Assembly: GCA_002269645.1 (NCBI GenBank) | Contig: NIVC01000342.1 | Span: 307,090 to 371,089 of the forward strand | Source: Macrostomum lignano | Lineage: Eukaryota | Length of the DNA stretch: 64,000 nt | Direction of reading: 5' to 3' | Shown here: positions 60,601 to 64,000 of the stretch, piece after piece | How positions within the stretch are numbered: position 1 is the stretch's first letter | How the letters are laid out: each line of letters starts with the position of its first letter | The notes under the pieces: generated by a model | What the model was told of the DNA's origin: nothing | Database searches by the model: none | What the model saw: only the letters and a program-made list of their open reading frames with translations | Program-made: the position numbers and the translations under genes

Positions 60601-60942
60601 TGTTCGGACAGTTATGGTTCCAAATCGCCGCGTTTGTGCCGCATTTGTCTTCCAGGTGTCATCATAATACGGAGTTTAAGTGGCAAGTTTATAATAAATA
60701 TAACGATTTCAATATTTGTTAGAGTGTACCAGTCTGCTATTAGTTAAGAAATAGAACTTACCGTTGAGGTAAGGTGTCGTGCAAATCTCAGCGCCGCTCT
60801 TGGTTACCTTCACATAGGGATCTGAACCGGAGCCGCTGTCCGAGCATTCCAATTGGAACCCGTTGACAATCACTAGAGCCGACTCTGCCAACGTGACAGC
60901 AGCGGGTGACAGGTGCAGCAGTGCGATGATGGCTAATAACAT
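57630..60942 (-). CDS. Secreted triple-C2 protein B (signal peptide + three perforin-type C2 domains), ~364 aa or longer
   Basis: Exons 60942-60762, 60648-60430, 60304-60149, 58783-58580, 58069-57941, 57835-57638 (GTGAGT donor) or read-through to stop at 57630. SP MLLAIIALLHLSPAAVTLA; SDSGSGSDPYVKV / AIWNH...VYDYDSHNSDDYIGDC; GLPNLDSGDGQATDPY / PTWNH...EVFDDDG...LGYC...C; SNL...DDLPDPL / SPVWNE...VYDDDAFFDTPDTLIGYC...C. Confidence 0.82.
58121..58402 (+). mobile_element. CORE-like SINE copy 4 (most complete), in intron 4 of C2 gene B
   Basis: tRNA-like head with A/B boxes, CORE-like block and ~90-nt 3' tail. Confidence 0.85.
59528..59988. mobile_element. MITE-like element with ~70-bp inverted arms (59528-59597 / 59921-59988)
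   Basis: GTGTAATTTTTTGGAGGCCGATTTCCTGGAAAAATACACTGCGGAGATAGG and its reverse complement. Confidence 0.7.
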
Positions 60943-62199
60943 TTCTATCTGAAATCGCTAGATTAGAGCTATTAGATTATTGCTTAGACGCGTAAGATAC
61001 GTTGTCAATCTTATAGGTGTCAACAAAACTTAACCAAATTTTCCTTGAAAACAAAACTTGACAAGTTTGCTGCTTCTTGTAAAAAGTAAAGGTCTACATA
61101 TATACCTCTTGTAAAAGTAGGAATTGACAATCCTCAGTCTTGTGGATGCCTAGCCAATGAGGGCACATCCGTGAGGCAAGCAAAGCGAAACTAAAAGCAA
61201 AGCAATTTCTTTCCATAAGTCCGTAAGAGAAGCTGGACTATCATTGAATAATTTAGGAGCCTATCTACTCTCAATGCCTCAATTTTGAGGTGGAGAAACT
61301 GAATTCCTATGTGGTGGCACGGGCTATGGCATGTGAAAATTAATGAGGAAAAAAGAAACGAACTAAGTCCTTAGCTTTAGCAAAGTAGATAAAATGTCAC
61401 TGCATGTTCTCAACGCTTCTAGTTAGCATTACCAATTTTTGGGTGAAACTTAGGTTGGCTTGGAGGCCTCCGGCAAAATTTTTTCAATGCCTACATTGTG
61501 TCGTCGCATCTTGAGAATACGTAATTAAGCTTTGCTAGACGTTGCTTCTAGGAGTTGCTTGCCAGAATCGCTTCCCCAGAAAAACATTGAAGAAGAATTG
61601 AAGAATACCGTTTGGTGAATTTTGAGTCGCTCCGTCTCTCTCCCGGCTTACTCAATCAAAGACTCAGATTGTCTAACAGTGCCTGAGAACACAATAAGAC
61701 ACCCAGTGAGACAGTGAGACTTGCTGCTTTTCTTTTAAGGAAAGTTTTGCACTAATGTAAGTTTCGTTAGTTTAATTATTGTCTTTTGCTCAACTTATAT
61801 AGAATTTGTATACCAAAGCTTCTAAGTGGATAGCAATAAGAGCACGTAAACATACGTTTACTGTATAATCCATGTATTTCCTGGAAGCTTTAATGTTTGT
61901 CTTAGACTTCTGCCCAGCTAGTTAGCCTAACCAACCACTTTGAAAAGTTCTTAATGCGTAGAAATTCTTAAGGATGTGTCGTGTAAGATGAATAAGATTT
62001 GAAAATCAGACTTCTTCCTACCTGTCCAGCACTTTTTCACTTTATACAAACTTAAATTTGTATACGCTAATGTAGAAAATCAGTTCGCCACGAGATGAAA
62101 CACAGTCGGAATTCAAATTCTAACCCCAAAGAGAGAGTACTTTCAGTACATGTATGTATATGCATTGTGTTGCTAGGTTGTACAGAACTCTGTCAAAAG

Positions 62200-62977
62200 T
62201 TATTTTCGTCCTCAGAACTGCAAACGACGCCGTAGTCCACTCGAGCACCGCGCCGACGAAAACAAGCGAGTGCCACTACTTACGAGCGTATCCGCTAGCG
62301 ACGTTGCTCCGGAAGAGCAACTCGAGGCCATTGTTGTAAAAAGTTCACTTTAGCACACTAGAGAGAGAGTGGGAAAGAGAGAGGGAAAGAGAGAGAGAGA
62401 AAGAGAAGAGAGAGAGAATTGTCTAAACGCACGAACTCCCACTTCCAGACCTCAAGCCTGGGAACAGAATTCAGTGATCACTTACTGGTGCGGGCTCCTC
62501 TTCTTTGTCGGGCGGGTCAGTAGAGCTCGTCTCCTCAATATGATCTTTCTTCCGGAGTTGTCTTCTTGAATCCTAAAGTCGGCCGAGAATGAGAGCGTAA
62601 CAGTTGAATCCGTCGACGGCAATGTATTCCTCGAGTTCAGTAATTCAATATATATATTATATTCCTCATGTTCGAAATCAAAGATGCGCCGTAATACTCG
62701 TAATAAATCAACTCTATAACAATGACGAGGTCCTCCAGGAAGGGCGTCTTCTTCTAGTAATAACAGAATCTCAGAGTCGTGCGCCTTTATCTGTTACTCT
62801 AGGGTACCAAAATCAATCAATCAATAATCGACTAAGAGAATCGGAATCGGTCCGCATATCCTATCCAGTCCCTTGGGAATACGGAGGCCTCAAATTCAAT
62901 AACTTAAAAAAATCAACTGATCAGTAACGGCCGGTAATAACACAGTTCTCAATAATCAAATAACAAAGACTCTGACA
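62200..62977 (-). mobile_element. LTR retrotransposon remnant: 646-bp LTR (62977-62332, TG...CA) + putative PBS + short internal stub
   Basis: Minus strand begins TGTCAGAG, ends TACAACA, followed after 1 nt by TGGCCTCGAG; no gag/pol downstream. Confidence 0.6.
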
Positions 62978-63639
62978 AAGGCTTACCAATTGGTATTTGT
63001 CTCCCTCAGAGATATGGCCTCGTTTGGCTGCTCTGGTAAAGCCCAAAAGCTCTTGAGGCCGCTCCGAGGCTGCTCCGAGTCTGAGGTTTCAGCTCGGGTT
63101 TTTCACTTGTATTCATGCAATTCATACACAATTTAAGTCGACCTTTGAGCCCAAACCGGTTTTATTGATGAGGTCAAGAAATTAATTTTGTCCTTTTACC
63201 GGTGGGGTTATTGAATAGAAAATGGTGAAACTTGGGTTGTATTCAGGTTAAAATTTACCATATTTGGAAATAGATGTTGAGAACTGGTTTTTCGAACTAT
63301 GGAATGATCAGTCGCTGTTTTCGTGATATTACTGGTATTACTAAAAATAGAGTATGACGCATGCTATATTAAAATTTGTATTCGTAATTTTATCTTACTA
63401 CTTCCAGTAGTCTACAATGTTTGGAGATCTCTACAGTTGACCAGTGTACGCCTGAGTGCGGCTTAACAGTCGCAGTCTCCATGCCGCTGTACTGTACAGG
63501 CGTGGCCACCGGCTGGCATTGCAGCGAGGCGACATTGCGGCCACCTACTGCGCCCTGACACCAAAAGCATCCGATCAATTCCGCTTAACGGCCAGTTTCT
63601 ACAATTCAACCGTCACTAACTTGGCTGATTGTAAGCTTG

Positions 63640-63948
63640 CTTAGACTGACCAGCAGGTATCTTGGCTGTTTAACAACCCTCCCATTGATCCTTCGGGTCT
63701 CTGCTGTCTACTCGGACTTTCATGGACTCTTTTTAGTCTCTGCTAAGCCCCTTCTCTTGTGTCCTTCGGGTCTGCTTTTCCCCTTTCTCCCCCTTTTATG
63801 GGTTGTTCCGGATCTGATAAACTCTTGTACCCCTATCATAGGTCTCTCGGGTCTCTCTCACCCGAGACCTACCAAGGGGGAGGAGAATTTCCTCCTGACA
63901 TCTCTTCAAGGACCACTATGAATTCACTTCGTTATATAGGACGTAACA
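63640..63948 (-). mobile_element. Possible second LTR fragment
   Basis: Minus strand starts TGTTACG; internal hairpin TAGGTCTCTCGGGTCTCTCTCACCCGAGACCTA; end not resolved. Confidence 0.3.
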
Positions 63949-64000
63949 CTCTCGATTCGTGTAAAAATAGTAGTCTAGTAGTCTTTGCATCTCTTTCGCT

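Noticed and set aside
63456-63644. Possible exon of another gene (ends at a GTAAG donor-like site)
   Set aside because: No recognisable motif, ambiguous acceptor and an in-frame stop upstream; insufficient support.

Overview
Eukaryotic, intron-containing animal DNA. GC-rich exons and minisatellite-filled introns suggest the flatworm Macrostomum lignano or a relative (inference only). From left to right: (1) four closely spaced minus-strand housekeeping genes, POMP > MCM3AP/GANP > LSM4 > JADE (1-13.9 kb, possibly a trans-spliced operon); (2) an AT-rich transposon graveyard (14-30 kb) with MITE-like inverted-repeat elements, a Merlin remnant and a PHD-FLYWCH-MULE element interrupted by an RT-RNase H LINE, part of which is tandemly duplicated (~3.09 kb); (3) a 9-exon divergent exportin-6 gene with a different minisatellite in most introns (31.0-41.4 kb); (4) a two-exon DEG/ENaC channel with non-canonical motifs (43.0-45.0 kb); (5) two convergent paralogues encoding a signal peptide plus tandem perforin-type C2 domains and no MACPF domain, built from phase-1 half-domain exons (49.0-55.6 kb plus strand; 57.6-60.9 kb minus strand), the most novel-looking system here; (6) LTR remnants at the right end. 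Four copies of a tRNA-derived CORE-like SINE are scattered through the window. All gene models were derived by hand from splice signals and remembered family motifs; no database search was run.
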